From the NCBI GenBank assembly GCA_009777955.1, contig WRKW01000002.1:5294-69293 (forward strand): a DNA stretch of 64,000 nucleotides, written 5' to 3'. Positions 39,125 through 49,418 of this stretch are shown here, piece after piece. Within the stretch, counting starts at the first letter, position 1. Every line of letters begins with the position of its first letter. The notes under the pieces are model-generated. The model was not told where the DNA came from. It ran no database searches and saw only the letters and a list, made by a program, of their open reading frames with translations. The translations under genes and the position numbers were made by a program. Source of the DNA: Alphaproteobacteria bacterium. GTDB taxonomy: Bacteria; Pseudomonadota; Alphaproteobacteria; Rs-D84.

Positions 39125-41203
39125 ATGATGCCCAAACACATCGACGAAGCGACCAAATTTTTAATAGAATCGTTGCCTGAACACTTGCGGCGGCTTGCCG
39201 AAAGTGCCACCGATGTCGGATACATGTCGCATGTAGAGTTCGATGCCGCGATTGAATCCGATGAAATTCCGTCGAACGAAAAAGATGAAGTCCTGTCGTT
39301 TTTCCAACAGGATCTTGGACTGGAAGTCATAGAGAGTGCCGTGTTTTCGCGTGGCGACGAAAGATATGATGATTATGAAGAAAATCCCGGGGCAAAGCAC
39401 GATAAAAGCCGTAATTTTTTGAACAGTGATGCAGAGCAAGTAGATGTCGGTGATGAAGACTATGAACATTACGCCCGCCAATTGGAACGCAGTACCACCG
39501 GTGCCCTGACGCTGGGGGTTCAGGATTCCGTTCAATCTTATTTGAAACAGATCGGAACAGTGCAGCTATTGACTGCAATAGGCGAAGTAGCGATTGCCCA
39601 GCGTATCGAAGCCGCAAACCGGCTGGTTGTTTACGGTCTTTGCGAATCCCCGATGACCATACGTGCCATGCTGGATTGGTATGCACAGTTGCTGGCGGAC
39701 GAAATAAAGTTGCGCTATATCGTGAATCTGGAAGTCATGTATTCGTCTGACTCTGAAAAAAAGTCACTTGTGGCATTGGTCGATACCCTGAAAGCAAAGG
39801 GTGTAGAAGATGTCGAAGACCTTGACGATGAAGATCTGGAAGATGAAGAGCTGGGCGACGAAGAAGAGGAAGAAGACACCGCCGATGAAGACGGGGTAAG
39901 AAAGGAAGAGACCCCGCGCGGGACAAGTGGCGTTCCGGTTCCGATAATGGAAGAAACCTTGATGCCGATGATGTTGGATCTATTTGCGAAAATAAAGCGC
40001 ATATTCAACCAGATGGAAAAGTTGCAGAAACAGCGTCTTGAAAATCTGGTAAAGTCGGCAAAACCGGATGAAGTGCTTGAAAAGAAATATGCAAAATTGC
40101 GTCTGGAATTATTTGAATATGTAAGCAAAATCCGCCTTAGCGATGACCGTATTAACGAGATTCTATCCAACCTGACCGCACGCAATGCCTGGCTTATGGG
40201 ATTAGAGGGCAAGATGTTGCGTTTGGGATTGGCGATGAAGATAAAGCGTGACGAATTTTTGGTCGAATGGATGGGCAACGAATTGAACAAGAACTGGGTA
40301 AAAAAACTGCATAAAAGCAAGAATCAGGTTTGGGTAAAGTTTGCCGCTAAGCATGAAAAAGATATATTGAAAATCCAGGATGACATTACCAGCATTGCAA
40401 TCGAAACCGGCCAGCCGACGGGCGAATATAAAAAGGTCGTGGAACTTGTTCGCAGGGGTCAGGCAGAGGCCGCACGCGCAAAACGCGAAATGATAGAAGC
40501 CAATCTGCGCCTTGTTATAAAATTTGCAAAAAAATCGTCCAATCGTGGATTGGGTCTTGATTTTTCCGATCTGGTACAGGACGGCAACATAGGCCTTATG
40601 AAAGCGGTCGATAAATTTGATTATCGTTTGGGAAACAAATTTTCTACATATGCCACCAACTGGATACAGCAGGGGATTTCGCGCAGCATAGCGGATCAAG
40701 CGCGTACCATCCGCATACCGGTGCACATGATAGATAATATTCACAAGATACAAAAAGCCAGCCGACAATTCATGCATAAATACGGCCGCCAGCCGACAGC
40801 GGAGGAATTATCAAAGATAATATACCTGCCGGTGGAAAAGATACACAAAGCTCAGAAAGTAAATCTGCGCCCCATTTCATTGGAAGCCCCGGTGGGCAGC
40901 GAGGATGACAGCAGCCGTATAGAAATAATTGCAGACGAAACTGCGAAAAATCCGTTCGTATCCGCCGCACAAAAGAATTTGCGCAAGATTGTCACACAGA
41001 TTCTATCAGAATTGGATCCGAAAGAAGAAACGGTTATACGTCAGCGTTTCGGAATGTCTACCAACAAGACAAGTACACTGGAAGAAGTCGGGGAATATAT
41101 TGGTGTCACGCGCGAACGTATCCGCCAGATAGAACAAAAAGCACTGAACAAGTTAAAGCACCCTACCCGCGCCCGAAAACTTCGCAGCTTTTTGGAAGAG
41201 TAA
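39125..41203 (+). CDS. rpoD: RNA polymerase sigma factor RpoD (sigma70)
   Basis: Acidic non-conserved insert. Regions 2-4 (DLVQDGNIGLMKAVDKFDYRLGNKFSTYATNWIQQ...TLEEVGEYIGVTRERIRQIEQKAL). Confidence 0.95.
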   Translation: MMPKHIDEATKFLIESLPEHLRRLAESATDVGYMSHVEFDAAIESDEIPSNEKDEVLSFFQQDLGLEVIESAVFSRGDERYDDYEENPGAKHDKSRNFLNSDAEQVDVGDEDYEHYARQLERSTTGALTLGVQDSVQSYLKQIGTVQLLTAIGEVAIAQRIEAANRLVVYGLCESPMTIRAMLDWYAQLLADEIKLRYIVNLEVMYSSDSEKKSLVALVDTLKAKGVEDVEDLDDEDLEDEELGDEEEEEDTADEDGVRKEETPRGTSGVPVPIMEETLMPMMLDLFAKIKRIFNQMEKLQKQRLENLVKSAKPDEVLEKKYAKLRLELFEYVSKIRLSDDRINEILSNLTARNAWLMGLEGKMLRLGLAMKIKRDEFLVEWMGNELNKNWVKKLHKSKNQVWVKFAAKHEKDILKIQDDITSIAIETGQPTGEYKKVVELVRRGQAEAARAKREMIEANLRLVIKFAKKSSNRGLGLDFSDLVQDGNIGLMKAVDKFDYRLGNKFSTYATNWIQQGISRSIADQARTIRIPVHMIDNIHKIQKASRQFMHKYGRQPTAEELSKIIYLPVEKIHKAQKVNLRPISLEAPVGSEDDSSRIEIIADETAKNPFVSAAQKNLRKIVTQILSELDPKEETVIRQRFGMSTNKTSTLEEVGEYIGVTRERIRQIEQKALNKLKHPTRARKLRSFLEE

Positions 41204-41248
41204 GCCATACAATTTAAAATAAAATCCGCAGATAACTGCGGAAATTCA

Positions 41249-41324
41249 TGGTGGGTTGTACAGGATTCGAACCTGTGACCCAGTGATTAAAAGTCACTTG
41301 CTCTACCAACTGAGCTAACAACCC
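41249..41324 (-). tRNA. tRNA-Lys (anticodon UUU)
   Basis: Reverse complement GGGTTGTTAGCTCAGTTGGTAGAGCAAGTGACTTTTAATCACTGGGTCACAGGTTCGAATCCTGTACAACCCACCA. Confidence 0.9.
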
Positions 41325-41415
41325 AAACTTTGTCCCCAAAGCATGCAATGCAAATGGCGGATGGCATGGATTTTGACATATTTATACCTGGATGTCAAAC
41401 ATAAATTGTTTTTTA

Positions 41416-41445
41416 TTGACAGGGTGTTGGCTAATTTTTTACAAT
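41416..41445 (+). promoter_or_regulatory. Candidate sigma70 promoter for dcd (TTGACA, 18 nt spacer, TACAAT)
   Basis: Read directly from the sequence. AAGGAAGAAAGGA RBS precedes the ATG at 41496. Confidence 0.4.
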
Positions 41446-41495
41446 ATTAACCATAGCGGGAGACGGAGAGAAAAAAGGAAGAAAGGACTTTTGTA

Positions 41496-42122
41496 ATGCG
41501 TGCAAGAATTTCCGACACAATGCTGTCCGGCGAGATTATAAAACTCGAACTTACAATCCCCAGGTTGGGAAATCCCGATAGCAAACCCAATTTGATTATA
41601 AAGCCGTATGATGAAAAACACGTGTCAACGCGCAGCTATGACATTCATCTGGGAGACAAGCTTTTGGTATTTAAATGGGGGTTGCTTGAACGTTTTTGTA
41701 ATTTAGTATGCCCCTCTAAAATAGCAATTGATCCCACGACATTCCCGAACCCACAGCCAGTACGTATAAAAGAAATAGATATATCTAAAAAACCGTTCGT
41801 TTTAAAGCCCGGAAGATTCGCGCTTGGGACAACTTTGGAATATTTTGAAGTATATAACCATGCCTTGCAGATTGATGGTACTTCAAAGCTGGCGCGCAGT
41901 GGATTATCCAACCATCAGACTGCCGGTTGGACTGATGTTGGATTCTGTGGAGAGATAACCCTTGAATTTTCTACGTCGTATCCCATAAAGCTTAGCCATG
42001 GAATGAAAATAGGCCAAATTTCATGTCATCCGGTCAGCGAACAACACAATAATTACAAGGGTACGTTTCGCGGCCAGACCGGCCCGACCCTTCCCTGGAC
42101 ACTTAAACAAGTCCAGAGATAG
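41496..42122 (+). CDS. dcd: dCTP deaminase
   Basis: SYDIHLG. GTSKLARSGL. GWTDVGFCGEITLE (dUTPase-like fold motifs). Confidence 0.85.
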   Translation: MRARISDTMLSGEIIKLELTIPRLGNPDSKPNLIIKPYDEKHVSTRSYDIHLGDKLLVFKWGLLERFCNLVCPSKIAIDPTTFPNPQPVRIKEIDISKKPFVLKPGRFALGTTLEYFEVYNHALQIDGTSKLARSGLSNHQTAGWTDVGFCGEITLEFSTSYPIKLSHGMKIGQISCHPVSEQHNNYKGTFRGQTGPTLPWTLKQVQR

Positions 42123-42163
42123 GGGGCAATGCACAGGATGTCGCGGCCAGAATTATAACCAAA

Positions 42164-42232
42164 ACGGCTCTCGTAAGAGAGCCGTCATGCTTGCCGTTGC
42201 ATGTATGACGGCAACTGCGTTGCCGTGCCCGC
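42164..42232. repeat. Hairpin repeat acggctctcgtaagagagccgt plus a second palindrome gacggcaactgcgttgccgt
   Basis: Lies between the convergent dcd and bamD genes. Confidence 0.7.
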
Positions 42233-42951
42233 TACTTTAATTTCTGTGTCCACTCGTTATCCGGGAAATTAATGCGCAACATTTCTGCATATCCCGTCGA
42301 CTGTTCGGGGATGCCGATGGCTTTATATGTTTCGGTAAGTCTGTACAATGCTTCTGGGGTCATTACCGTTTCTTGGGCACCTATGATTATGGATTGTAAT
42401 TGTTCTATGGCACTGGGCCAGTTTTGACGCGCCATGTCGCGTCGCGCCGAATACATTATCTTTCCGGCGATATAGTTCTTTAAAATCAGAATCTTGTTCC
42501 TTGTATTTTCGGTATAGGGGCTGTTCGGGAATCGTTCGACCAGTTGTTGAAAAGTATTCAGTGCATGAGCCGACATTCCGGGTTCCCGTCTTACGTCTGA
42601 TACTTGGCGGTAATAGCTCATCCCGCGAAGGTAAAGCACATACGGTACATCCCCGTGTCCGGGATGGAATCGCATGAATCGGTCGGTAATTATCAGTGTA
42701 TTTGCAAAGTCATCATCCATATATGCGCTGTATGCCGCCATTACCAGGGCATCCGCAGCCCAGGGGCTGGCCGGATGGGTTCTTTCCGCATTCTGGAACT
42801 CTTCGGATGCCTGGCTGTAATTTCTGCGATTAAACTGGCGATAGGCTTCGTTATAAATTTCCGTCAGCGGTACTTCTGGCACAATTTTATCCCCGCCACA
42901 GGCGAAAAGTGAAAAGCAAACGGCAAACAGTAAAAGTACTCTTTTAATCAT
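42232..42951 (-). CDS. bamD: Outer membrane protein assembly factor BamD (lipoprotein, TPR)
   Basis: Lipobox LFACGG. TPR-like repeats. YfiO/BamD-like length and composition. Confidence 0.75.
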   Translation of the reverse strand: MIKRVLLLFAVCFSLFACGGDKIVPEVPLTEIYNEAYRQFNRRNYSQASEEFQNAERTHPASPWAADALVMAAYSAYMDDDFANTLIITDRFMRFHPGHGDVPYVLYLRGMSYYRQVSDVRREPGMSAHALNTFQQLVERFPNSPYTENTRNKILILKNYIAGKIMYSARRDMARQNWPSAIEQLQSIIIGAQETVMTPEALYRLTETYKAIGIPEQSTGYAEMLRINFPDNEWTQKLK

Positions 42952-43102
42952 GTTGGAAAGTATAATACGCTGGGTTATAAAATAAAAGCGGAAAATTTAA
43001 TTGTTATCGTCATGCCTGCGGCGGCAGACATCCATTGCACGATACAAATATGTATTCGCGGGCAAAGCCCGCGAATAGTAATACCGGGCTTGTAATACAA
43101 AA

Positions 43103-43303
43103 TTACTTTAAGAACTCGATACAGTCTTTTTCAGAACGATTTTCGTTTGTCCAATCGGATTCCTGGTATCCAAGCAAGGCGTTGCCGTTCTTGGTTACTT
43201 TATACACACATTCTTTATTACCGGATTTTATGGTGCGATCTGTGGAATAAGAATAGCAACCTGTTAAAATGACGGCAATGGCGGCGAACAACATATATTT
43301 CAT
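43103..43303 (-). CDS. Small lipoprotein (66 aa)
   Basis: Lipobox LTGC. Confidence 0.45.
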   Translation of the reverse strand: MKYMLFAAIAVILTGCYSYSTDRTIKSGNKECVYKVTKNGNALLGYQESDWTNENRSEKDCIEFLK

Positions 43304-43403
43304 AGGATTCTCCTTTTTGTTTGTTAAGCCGGATTTACCATAGCAAAAGAAAAAAATTCCATCAACAGAAAAGTCTTGATTGCTTTTCCTTGCATAAGAC
43401 TAT

Positions 43404-44906
43404 ATGATTAACACTATGTCACTTTCTGCCAATATTTTTAAAATAGGCGCGTGGACGGGGCTTTCCCGTGTTCTTGGTTTTGTGCGTGACCTGTTGATTG
43501 CGAATGTTTTGGGTGCGGGTCGGTTGTCTGACATATTTCTTACCGCGTTCAGGCTGCCCAACCTGTTCCGTGATCTTTTGGGCGAAGGCGCACTTTCCCT
43601 GGTTTTCGTTCCAATGTTTGCTTCTCATAAAAACCGTAATAAAGCTGGGGCGTTGTTTGCCAGCAATGTTTTTTCTTGGCTTATGGCTATTTTGTTGGTC
43701 ATTACCGTGATTGCCCTTGTCGCAATGCCGTTGATTATATGGGGTATTGCGCCCGGATTTGCGGACGATCCCGGAAAGATGTATATGACGGTACAGGTTT
43801 CGCGTATTTTGTTCCTGTACGTTATTCTGGTATGCGGCATAGCGTTCCTGTCTGGAATCCTTAACGCATTTTCCGACTTTGCGCGTGCGGCCATGATGCC
43901 TGCGTTGTTGAATGTTTTTATGATCGGCGGGCTTGTCCTTGCGATACATTTGGATGCCGGAGAAAATGCCATTTATATCCTGTCTGGTGCGGTGCTGTTA
44001 TCCGGGGTCACCCAATTTGCTATATTGTGGCAACGGCTTCGTGCGCGGCGGTTTGGCCTTTGCATTGTTCGTCCGCGCGTAACCCCCCAGATAAAAACAA
44101 TGGTAAAGCGCATAGGCCTTGGCTTTGTCGGATCTGGATTTTACCAATTGAATATCCTTGCAGGAACATTAATAGCTTCGTATCAGTCTGGTGCCATATC
44201 TTGGTTGTATTATTCGGACAGAATGGTACAACTGCCGTTTGCCGTCATAGGGCTGGCGGCGGGAACTGTATTGCTGACAAGTATTTCGGATGCGCTGGCG
44301 ACAAAGGACTTTAACAGGGTTTATGACTATCAGAACAAGGCTATACGCAGTACGATGATGCTTACGCTTCCTTGTATGGCGGGGTTGTTTGTGCTGGCGC
44401 GGCCAATAATGGGTCTTTTATTCGAACATGGTGCCTGGACTTCGGAATCCACGCTGGCGGTTGCGTTTGCCATTATGATACAGGTTTTTGCCCTGCCCGC
44501 CATGACGACAAGCCAGGTGTTCGGCCGGACTTTATATGCGGCCCAAGATGTCAAGGCCCCCGTGAAGATAAGTATCATATCGCTTATAATTGGAATAGTG
44601 ACCATGTTTGCCCTGGTCGGGTTCATAGGATACCTTGCCGTACCGGTTGGTACCGTATTGGCCGGATATCTGCGCGCCGTCTGGTTAAGGACTGAATGCC
44701 GGCGACGCGGCCTGTTCCGCATGCAGCGTTCTACTAACTTTGCTGTATTTATGTTTGGTATGCTGTCGATAGCAATGGGGGCGGGTCTGTGGTGGGCTAT
44801 GTCGGTTGGGATTATAACAGGAATCTGGACGCTTGCGCTGGCGATTATTTTGTCGGGCTGTGTATATTTGCCGATGGCATTATTTGTGGATAGAAAAATC
44901 GGCTGA
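43404..44906 (+). CDS. murJ: Lipid II flippase MurJ
   Basis: GLSRVLGFVRDLLIANVLGAG...DIF..AFRLPNLFR. About 14 transmembrane helices. Confidence 0.9.
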   Translation: MINTMSLSANIFKIGAWTGLSRVLGFVRDLLIANVLGAGRLSDIFLTAFRLPNLFRDLLGEGALSLVFVPMFASHKNRNKAGALFASNVFSWLMAILLVITVIALVAMPLIIWGIAPGFADDPGKMYMTVQVSRILFLYVILVCGIAFLSGILNAFSDFARAAMMPALLNVFMIGGLVLAIHLDAGENAIYILSGAVLLSGVTQFAILWQRLRARRFGLCIVRPRVTPQIKTMVKRIGLGFVGSGFYQLNILAGTLIASYQSGAISWLYYSDRMVQLPFAVIGLAAGTVLLTSISDALATKDFNRVYDYQNKAIRSTMMLTLPCMAGLFVLARPIMGLLFEHGAWTSESTLAVAFAIMIQVFALPAMTTSQVFGRTLYAAQDVKAPVKISIISLIIGIVTMFALVGFIGYLAVPVGTVLAGYLRAVWLRTECRRRGLFRMQRSTNFAVFMFGMLSIAMGAGLWWAMSVGIITGIWTLALAIILSGCVYLPMALFVDRKIG

Positions 44907-44972
44907 AATTTTTCACTTTTTTATAACTCCTTTTTATGATAAAATGCAAGTGTGAAAGGAAGGAGTAAATCA

Positions 44973-45836
44973 ATGAATATAAGGAAATTAATATCACTCG
45001 CTATTTTGCCCGTCGTGCTGGCGGCATGCGGTGGCGGCGAAAGTATAAACGATTATAATCATCCGATGCTGGCCGAAGAATCGCTAGGCGGCTCTTACAC
45101 AAGTGTCAGCAATAATGCGCCCTATCTGATGGCTCCGGGGGCAAGGTATTACCTTGGAAGCCCGTACCAGCTGGAAGGCGTACAGTATGTTCCGGCGGAA
45201 GATTTGTTCTATAACCAAACCGGCATTGCTGGGATAATTCCGAACGAAATGAACGGGGTTCAGACCATCAACGGCGAAACTTTCAATGCAGATCAATTAC
45301 TTGGGACAAGCAAGACATTACCATTGCCAAGCATAGTAAGGGTTACGAATTTGGATAACGGTCGTTCAGCGGTCTTGCGTGTGAATAATCGTGGTCCGTT
45401 TGTGAATTCCCGGATTATGGACGTATCGCCTGCGGCGGCGCGTCAACTGGGGATGGGCGGCCAGACCAAAGTTCAGATTCAGATTTTGGCCGAACAATCG
45501 ACCCAGGTAAAGAATGCGACATTGGGTAATGTTGATGTTTCTGCTGTGGAAATGGCTCCGCCACCACCACCGGCCACCGCACCTGAATCATCGGGCGGGC
45601 CGTATGCTGTCCAGCTGGGGGCATTTCATTCCGAAGACAGCGCACAGTCGGTTGTCCAAAAGGTTGCGTACATAGGAAGGGCGACGGTTGTCTATGAAGA
45701 TGATCTTTATAAAGTTCGCATAACCGGCCTTGATGCATCTGCTGCGCGTAATACCATAGATACATTACGCAGAAACGAAGCGATGAGCCCGGGTCTGTTA
45801 ATGAACGGCCGATGGGTGAATGCCGACTCTATATAA
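44973..45836 (+). CDS. rlpA: Septal ring lytic transglycosylase RlpA (DPBB plus SPOR domains)
   Basis: Lipobox LAACGG. DPBB region (VTNLDNGRSAVLRVNNRGPF). C-terminal SPOR (YAVQLGAFHSEDSAQ). Confidence 0.85.
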   Translation: MNIRKLISLAILPVVLAACGGGESINDYNHPMLAEESLGGSYTSVSNNAPYLMAPGARYYLGSPYQLEGVQYVPAEDLFYNQTGIAGIIPNEMNGVQTINGETFNADQLLGTSKTLPLPSIVRVTNLDNGRSAVLRVNNRGPFVNSRIMDVSPAAARQLGMGGQTKVQIQILAEQSTQVKNATLGNVDVSAVEMAPPPPPATAPESSGGPYAVQLGAFHSEDSAQSVVQKVAYIGRATVVYEDDLYKVRITGLDASAARNTIDTLRRNEAMSPGLLMNGRWVNADSI

Positions 45837-46039
45837 TAAAAACGTGGCGAAAAAGCCACGTTTTTTCTTATTTATCTTATTCGAATTGGTGTGATAATCT
45901 TGCGGTAAAACCACCTGCATGTGCGGGTCGATAAATTAATAATCGATGATAAATAGAAATTCTACCGACTAATGACTATCGACTACCGACTATCAACTTG
46001 AACCTTGATTTCCCGTTTCCCTGTGCTATCCTGTTATTT

Positions 46040-46945
46040 ATGAATCAAACCAGATCCGGTTTTGTCGCAATTATCGGCCCCACAAATGCGGGCAAGTCTA
46101 CATTGATGAATCACATCATGGGACGCAAAGTATCTATTGTTTCGCACAAGGTTCAAACCACCCGCACCCGCATGCGTGCGGTAAAAATGATTGATGATAC
46201 ACAGCTGATTTTCGTTGATACCCCCGGTATATTTAAACCTGCGCGGCGGCTTGACCGCGCCATGGTTGCGGCGGCGATGGATGCAATATCCGATGCGGAT
46301 GCAGTGCTTCTTTTAATCGACGCTACAAAGGGGGTTACCGAAACAATAAAAGAACTGGTGAAAAAAATCAGCAATCGGCAATCAGAAATCAACAATATGT
46401 TCGCCGTTATCAACAAAACCGATGCCGTAAAAAAACCTGATCTTTTGCCCATAGCGGCAGAGCTCTCCGCGCTGGCAAATTTCCATACAATATTTATGAT
46501 TTCCGCAACAAAGGGCGATGGTATTGCAGCCATGCTGGAATCGATTGCCGCAGTCATGCCGTCTTCCCCTTATTTGTTCGATCCGACTGATGCGCCGGAT
46601 GTTCCGGATGAACTGTACCTTGCCGAATTGACCCGCGAAAAAATTTACAAATATGTTCACCAGGAATTGCCATATCGTATTCATGTGGTAACGGAAAAGG
46701 TCGACAAAGGAACGGACGGAGTTTTGGAAATTTATCAAAAAATAGTTGTGAATTCCAATAATCATAAAAAGATAATCGTTGGCAAGGGTGGCGCACAGCT
46801 TAAACAAATCGGTATGGCGGCACGACTGGATATTCAGCATCAGTGGAATGTTTCCGCCCGCCTTCATCTTTTTGTACGCATAGAACCGGATTGGGAAAAT
46901 AAGCGCGAAAATTATGAAGAACAAGGTCTGGAATTCAAGAATTAA
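46040..46945 (+). CDS. era: GTPase Era
   Basis: G1 GPTNAGKSTL. G3 DTPG. NKTD. C-terminal KH domain. Confidence 0.92.
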   Translation: MNQTRSGFVAIIGPTNAGKSTLMNHIMGRKVSIVSHKVQTTRTRMRAVKMIDDTQLIFVDTPGIFKPARRLDRAMVAAAMDAISDADAVLLLIDATKGVTETIKELVKKISNRQSEINNMFAVINKTDAVKKPDLLPIAAELSALANFHTIFMISATKGDGIAAMLESIAAVMPSSPYLFDPTDAPDVPDELYLAELTREKIYKYVHQELPYRIHVVTEKVDKGTDGVLEIYQKIVVNSNNHKKIIVGKGGAQLKQIGMAARLDIQHQWNVSARLHLFVRIEPDWENKRENYEEQGLEFKN

Positions 46946-48013
46946 ATGCTTATCTCTGAATTTGATTTTCAGCTATCAGAAGAATTAATTGCCACACGTC
47001 CATTGTCACAGCGTGATGCCAGCCGGATGTTGGTGGTTAATGCACCCATCCATGGAAAAAAAGACACGGGTGATTTATTTCAAGACAAATATATTTTTGA
47101 CTTCATTTCTTATATTAAACCCGGTGACGTTGTTGTATTCAATAATTCAAGGGTAATTCCCGCGCGGTTCACAGCAACCGACAAAGATGGCACGGGATAT
47201 GAAATAACTTTGCATACCAACCATTCGGATAAAACGTGGTGGGGATTATGCAAAAAATTTAACAAAATTGATATTGGCGACGAATTGATACTGGCGGATG
47301 ACACACGCATAAATATTATTTCAAAAGATGATGAAAGCGGATTGTTGTTAAAATTTGATTGCGATAACGAATTTGCTTTGTTGGAAAAAATTGGCAAGAT
47401 GCCCCTGCCCCCCTATATGAAACGCGACGATGATGCCGATGACCGTGAGCGTTATCAAACCGTATATGCCGCATCGCCGGGTTCTATGGCTGCGCCGACG
47501 GCGGGTTTGCACTTCACCCGGGAACTTATTGCCGCGATTAAAAATGCCGGTGCGGCGGTTGTTAATGTAACTTTACATGTTGGCGCGGGAACCTGGGCAC
47601 CGGTAAAATCCAACGATATTACAAATCACAAGATGCACAAAGAATGGGGAACGATTACGCCCGGACAGGCGGATATAATCAATCATGCCCGTGCGAATGG
47701 TAAAAAAATTATTGCGGTTGGTACGACAAGTATGCGGTTGCTTGAAAGCGCGGCGGATAATTCCCGTGATGTAAAATCCTTTTGCGGTACTACAGATATT
47801 TTTATAACGCCGGGGTATGATTTCAGGGTTGTCGACATATTACTGACCAATTTTCATCTGCCGAAATCGACACTGTTCATATTGGTGTCGGCATTTGCTG
47901 GATTGCCAGAAATGCACGCTGCATACTCGCACGCTATTGCGAAAAAATATCGTTTCTTTTCCTATGGCGATTGTTGTTTGTTATTCCGAAAAAACCTTGA
48001 ATTTGTGATTTAG
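46946..48013 (+). CDS. queA: S-adenosylmethionine:tRNA ribosyltransferase-isomerase QueA
   Basis: MLISEFDFQLSEELIATRP...PLPPYMKR...TVYA...GAPTAGLHFT. Confidence 0.92.
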   Translation: MLISEFDFQLSEELIATRPLSQRDASRMLVVNAPIHGKKDTGDLFQDKYIFDFISYIKPGDVVVFNNSRVIPARFTATDKDGTGYEITLHTNHSDKTWWGLCKKFNKIDIGDELILADDTRINIISKDDESGLLLKFDCDNEFALLEKIGKMPLPPYMKRDDDADDRERYQTVYAASPGSMAAPTAGLHFTRELIAAIKNAGAAVVNVTLHVGAGTWAPVKSNDITNHKMHKEWGTITPGQADIINHARANGKKIIAVGTTSMRLLESAADNSRDVKSFCGTTDIFITPGYDFRVVDILLTNFHLPKSTLFILVSAFAGLPEMHAAYSHAIAKKYRFFSYGDCCLLFRKNLEFVI

Positions 48014-48042
48014 TTATCGTTATTCCTGCCTTATGCAGGCAT

Positions 48043-48064
48043 GACGGCTCTTTTAAAAAAGCCG
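48043..48064. repeat. Hairpin repeat acggctcttttaaaaaagccgt (probable bidirectional terminator between queA and galE)
   Basis: Same family as the other acggctct...agagccgt hairpins. Confidence 0.7.
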
Positions 48065-48065
48065 T

Positions 48066-49058
48066 TTAGGATATAATTTTATTCTGGAAATTCCAACTGT
48101 CGCGGCACATATCAGACAAATCTTTTTCCGCGCGCCAGTCCAGTTCCGTCACTGCCTTTGACGGATTGGCGTAAATTATCGGCGCATCGCCCGCACGGCG
48201 GGGTTTTATAGCAAATGGAATTTTTTGCCCAGTCACTTTTTCAAACATACGAATACATTCCAGAACGCTGTATCCACGACCGGTGCCAAGATTGTATATT
48301 GATAATCCACCAATACGTTCCAAAGCCTTTATATGACCTTTTGCCAAATCCGCAACATGTATATAGTCGCGTATAGCTGTGCCGTCCGGTGTACCGTAAT
48401 CATCCCCGAATACGCCCAGTTGTTCCAGTTGGCCGGCTGCCACACGCATAATAAAAGGAAATAGATTATTCGGGATGCCGCGCGGATTTTCACCGATAAT
48501 ACCGCTTTCATCTGCGCCAACCGGATTAAAGTAACGCAATAACGTGATATTCCATCCATTGTCCGCTGCCCAAATATCACGCAACATATTTTCTTGAACC
48601 AGTTTTGTATATCCATACGGGTTAAGTGCCGATAACGGGGAATCTTCGGTAACAGGCAGAGTTTCCGGCATTCCGTACACGGTCGCACTGGACGAGAATA
48701 TAAGATTTCTGCAATCGGCATCCTGCATGGTTTTCAAAAGGTTTAACGTAGAAATTAAATTATTCCGGTAATACAACAGCGGACTGGCGACGCTTTCACC
48801 AACCGCCTTTAATCCGGCAAAATGCATTACAGCATCGATTTTCTGGTCACGGAATATATTTGATAATGCCGACATATCCAATATGTCGCATTCGTAAAAT
48901 ATGACTTTTTGTCCGGTTATTTGTTCTATGCCACGCACACTATCGATAGAAGAATTGGACAGATTGTCGACGATCACGACCCTGTGGCCGGATCTTAAAA
49001 GTTCTGTCGCAGTATGGCTTCCGATGTATCCGGCACCGCCGGTAAGGAGAATTTTCAT
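48066..49058 (-). CDS. galE: UDP-glucose 4-epimerase
   Basis: MKILLTGGAGYIGSH. YGYTK catalytic motif. SDR extended family. Confidence 0.9.
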   Translation of the reverse strand: MKILLTGGAGYIGSHTATELLRSGHRVVIVDNLSNSSIDSVRGIEQITGQKVIFYECDILDMSALSNIFRDQKIDAVMHFAGLKAVGESVASPLLYYRNNLISTLNLLKTMQDADCRNLIFSSSATVYGMPETLPVTEDSPLSALNPYGYTKLVQENMLRDIWAADNGWNITLLRYFNPVGADESGIIGENPRGIPNNLFPFIMRVAAGQLEQLGVFGDDYGTPDGTAIRDYIHVADLAKGHIKALERIGGLSIYNLGTGRGYSVLECIRMFEKVTGQKIPFAIKPRRAGDAPIIYANPSKAVTELDWRAEKDLSDMCRDSWNFQNKIIS

Positions 49059-49090
49059 ATTGTGTTACCATCGCTTTGCCCGATAAAAAC

Positions 49091-49165
49091 TGGTGCCGGT
49101 GGTCGGATTTGAACCAACGACCTTTCGCTTACGAAGCGACTGCACTACCACTGTGCTACACCGGC
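49091..49165 (-). tRNA. tRNA-Thr (anticodon CGU)
   Basis: Reverse complement GCCGGTGTAGCACAGTGGTAGTGCAGTCGCTTCGTAAGCGAAAGGTCGTTGGTTCAAATCCGACCACCGGCACCA. Confidence 0.85.
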
Positions 49166-49418
49166 ACGGATTCTATTATACATAAGCAATGCCGTATTTC
49201 AAGCGATTTTACCTGTATGGACTATTTAAAAAGCTATTCGCGGGCTTTGCCCGCGAATGGTTTATATAAACATTGGATTCCCACCTGCGCAGGAATGACG
49301 GCAACGAAGTTGCCGTTAAGAATATGTCCGCGAAACTGTTGCTCCCCTTCTCTTGACATATTCTTTTATATGAAATATAGTTGCCATATACAGAGAGAAA
49401 ACATAAAAGGAAGACACA

